From assembly GCA_034717855.1 (NCBI GenBank), contig JAYEMB010000078.1:1-41602 (forward strand): a stretch of DNA of 41,602 bases, written 5' to 3'. Positions 39,543-41,602 of this stretch are shown piece by piece. The stretch is from Campylobacterota bacterium (GTDB lineage Bacteria > Campylobacterota > Campylobacteria > Campylobacterales > Sulfurimonadaceae). Positions within the stretch are counted from its first letter, which is position 1. The number at the start of each line of letters is the position of its first letter. Under the pieces are notes generated by a model that did no database searches, had not been told where the DNA came from, and saw only the letters and a list, made by a program, of their open reading frames with translations. Position numbers and translations under genes: made by a program.

Positions 39543-39610
39543 AGTATATAAAAGAGAAAAGTTTTTTATAAGAGCATATAAAAATGTTTTTGTTTTGACT
39601 TATGCCTATT
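39543..39610 (-). promoter_or_regulatory. Shared operator/promoter, copy C
   Basis: + strand AGTATA(39543-48)-N23-GAGCATA(39572-78)-N22-TATGCCTATT(39601-10). Confidence 0.7.
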
Positions 39611-39677
39611 CATAAGTTAAGTTAAACAAGCTAAAATTCGTCAATAATTAAGATAGTTTACAAGACAAGGATAGAGT

Positions 39678-40157
39678 ATGATTTTTATAGGAATGATTTA
39701 TCGCTACGACACAACTCAAGGAATAGGCGACCTCATGTTACCCGATGGAGAGAAGAGAGAGTTTAGTGCAAAAGAGTGGACAGACAGCCTTAACGCTCCC
39801 TCTGTTGGTCAAAAAATAGCATATGAGCAAAAACCAGACACTCTATATATCAGAGTAGCTACAGAAGAAGATATCAAACAAGCAGAGGCTGAGAAAAACG
39901 CAGAAAAGGTCCCTGTTAAAGAAGAGACTCCTGCCCAAGATGAAACGCAGCAGTTCACAGATATAGATGAGTGCATTCAACACTTTACAAACATGGGTTT
40001 AAAAGCTATAAAAGATACTCAAGATGGACAAACGCGTACTGTATCATTACGAAGTTATGTGATGGGTGACTTTGCAGAGGCTATCATCACCCAGAGTGGT
40101 TCCAAGATAACAGTTGTACAAACACTTAACGGAAAAACAGTTACAAGCTCTCTCTAA
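39678..40157 (+). CDS. Hypothetical protein with cold-shock/OB-fold-like N-terminus
   Basis: G.I..Y....G.G.L......F....W......P.VGQ.I.Y pattern; AAGGA SD. Confidence 0.55.
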   Translation: MIFIGMIYRYDTTQGIGDLMLPDGEKREFSAKEWTDSLNAPSVGQKIAYEQKPDTLYIRVATEEDIKQAEAEKNAEKVPVKEETPAQDETQQFTDIDECIQHFTNMGLKAIKDTQDGQTRTVSLRSYVMGDFAEAIITQSGSKITVVQTLNGKTVTSSL

Positions 40158-41602
40158 GAGTAGACTCTACTTCATCAGCCGGCAGAGGCTTAGAGTAGAG
40201 ATAGCCCTGAATACTTTCACATCCACTCTCAACTATAAAATCCCTCTGTTCTTTAGTCTCAACACCCTCAGCGATAACTTTTAGATTTAAACTATTTGCA
40301 AGTGCTATAATAGCTTTTGTTATTACAGAATCCTCTTCATCATCTGGTAAATCCTTTATGAAAGCCTGATCGATTTTGAGTTTATTAATAGGTAATCTTT
40401 TAAGATATGCCAAAGATGAGTAGCCTGTTCCAAAATCATCAACTGCCAGCTCTACTCCTAAGTCACTTATCTTTTGTAAAACTTTAATCGCTTCATCTGG
40501 ATTAGTCATAATCTGACTCTCTGTCACCTCAAGCTCAATCCACTCTGCTCTACACTTAGACTCCTCAAGCAGGGAGTGAAGCACCTCAACAAAATCCTCT
40601 TTTTTCAGCTGTTTTATAGAGAGATTCATTGCGAGAACTCCCGGTTTTAAACCCTTTTCGTGCCACTGCGCAAACTGCACCATAGCGACCTTCATCACAT
40701 ACCTATCAAGCTCAATGATAAGTCCCGTGGACTCAGCAAGAGGTATAAACTTTGCAGGAGAGATTAGACCTTTAGTAGGATGCTCCCATCTCACTAAGGC
40801 CTCCATTCCAATCAGAGTATCGGTTTTGCCATTCATCTGAGCTTGATAATAGACGACAAACTCTCTATTTTGGATAGCGGTTCTTAATTCACGCTCCATT
40901 ACAACTCTCTCAAACGCAAGTTCAGTCATCTTTACGTCATAGTATTGATAGTTGTTTCTTCCCTCACTCTTTGCTTTATACATGGCAGAGTCTGCATACT
41001 TTAAGAGGTTTTGAGGATTCTCTCCATCATTTGGATAGACACTGATACCTATACTGTTTGAGAGATAAAATACATTGCCTTCTATTTCAATAGCTTGAGC
41101 TGTCGATAATAAAATCTTACTTGCTATTAGAGAGGCATCCTCTTCATGAGCTAAATCTTCTAAAATAACGACAAACTCATCCCCACCAAACCTTGCCAAT
41201 GTATCCTCATCTCTAATAGAGCCTTGCAACCTATGAGTAACAATCTTTAAAACCTCATCACCAAATATATGCCCTAAAGAGTCATTAATCTCTTTAAAAT
41301 GGTCTAGGTCTATAAACAGCAGTGCCACTTTAGAGTTATTTCTTTTTGCTTTTTCTATAGCCTGCTCTAGCCTATCACTAAAGAGTACTCTATTAGGAAG
41401 TCCTGTTAAGGTATCATGATTGGCTTGATGCTTGAGTGCATCTTTTTGCTCTTCTAATTTATTTTCTATTTTTCTCTGCTCTGTAATATCCTGCACAGTA
41501 CCTACGGAGACCAGAGGGTTTCCTTCTGCATCAAACTCTGTTTCACACTGCTCTCTTACATACCTTACCTTGGCATTTTTCAGTAAGAGTCGATGCATAA
41601 TC
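40141..41602 (-). CDS. PAS/PAC-GGDEF-EAL protein, 3' part (5' end outside the window)
   Basis: PAC end (GTVQDITEQR), DTLTGLPNR, intact RFGGDEF, EALVRW, DDFGTGYSSL. Frame stays open to the window edge. Confidence 0.95.
   Translation of the reverse strand, partial: IMHRLLLKNAKVRYVREQCETEFDAEGNPLVSVGTVQDITEQRKIENKLEEQKDALKHQANHDTLTGLPNRVLFSDRLEQAIEKAKRNNSKVALLFIDLDHFKEINDSLGHIFGDEVLKIVTHRLQGSIRDEDTLARFGGDEFVVILEDLAHEEDASLIASKILLSTAQAIEIEGNVFYLSNSIGISVYPNDGENPQNLLKYADSAMYKAKSEGRNNYQYYDVKMTELAFERVVMERELRTAIQNREFVVYYQAQMNGKTDTLIGMEALVRWEHPTKGLISPAKFIPLAESTGLIIELDRYVMKVAMVQFAQWHEKGLKPGVLAMNLSIKQLKKEDFVEVLHSLLEESKCRAEWIELEVTESQIMTNPDEAIKVLQKISDLGVELAVDDFGTGYSSLAYLKRLPINKLKIDQAFIKDLPDDEEDSVITKAIIALANSLNLKVIAEGVETKEQRDFIVESGCESIQGYLYSKPLPADEVESTLRESL

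Larger units (their letters stand above)
1003..39950. repeat. Dispersed over-represented octamer AAACGCAG / CTGCGTTT (at least 42 copies)
   Basis: + copies start at 1003, 1794, 1847, 10154, 10265, 12853, 13623, 13757, 21116, 22720, 22820, 24327, 27003, 29785, 30435, 31157, 31231, 31481, 33962, 34697, 35318, 36923, 37021, 38892, 39896, 39943. Reverse copies start at 3472, 8846, 8878, 9412, 10324, 11247, 11985, 12051, 19329, 19686, 22117, 30649, 30700, 31375, 34909, 35979. Confidence 0.9.

Noticed and set aside
449-39615. Short antisense or alternate-frame ORFs in the track (e.g. 449-730, 2323-2583, 15370-15858, 39175-39615)
   Set aside because: They are shadows of well-supported genes and show no recognisable motifs.
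1003-39950. Octamer as a codon-pair artefact (Asn-Ala AAC GCA)
   Set aside because: 23 of the 42 copies are in the other five phases, including 18 on the template strand.
1-41602. CRISPR array, tRNA/rRNA, prophage or transposase genes
   Set aside because: No regularly spaced repeats, cloverleafs or matching ORFs were seen. The octamer copies are irregularly spaced and intragenic.

Overview
AT-rich (roughly 35% GC by eye) chromosomal window from a Campylobacterota bacterium; gene content and order suggest Sulfurimonas or a close relative (inference). Most of it is core genome: ctpA-purC-purS-purQ-plsC-crcB, dimeric dUTPase, an ovothiol locus (ovoA plus a PatB-type C-S lyase), pgeF, lysA-HAD-pheA-hisC-fliF-fliG-fliH-dxs, lptG-like, pth, rplY, a PilT/PilU ATPase, tal, a histidine kinase, pabB, pyrB, bioD, an XRE regulator, an OprD porin with modABC, and two GGDEF/EAL proteins. 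I saw no CRISPR, rRNA, tRNA or transposase. Three signals are not explained by the gene list. (1) The non-palindromic octamer AAACGCAG occurs at least 42 times (about 1 per kb, versus about 1 expected in total), inside genes, on both strands and in all six reading frames, as a DNA-uptake-sequence or Chi-like signal would. (2) Three promoters within 7.3 kb share the same operator and -10 geometry (GCATA-N22-T[A/C]TGCTCTT-N21-TATACT on the minus strand). One lies beside the divergent XRE regulator and one drives an unannotated 42-aa membrane protein. (3) A 264-bp MITE with nested hairpins and a 4-bp target duplication sits in the predicted 5'UTR of a hemerythrin-like gene. All counts are manual.
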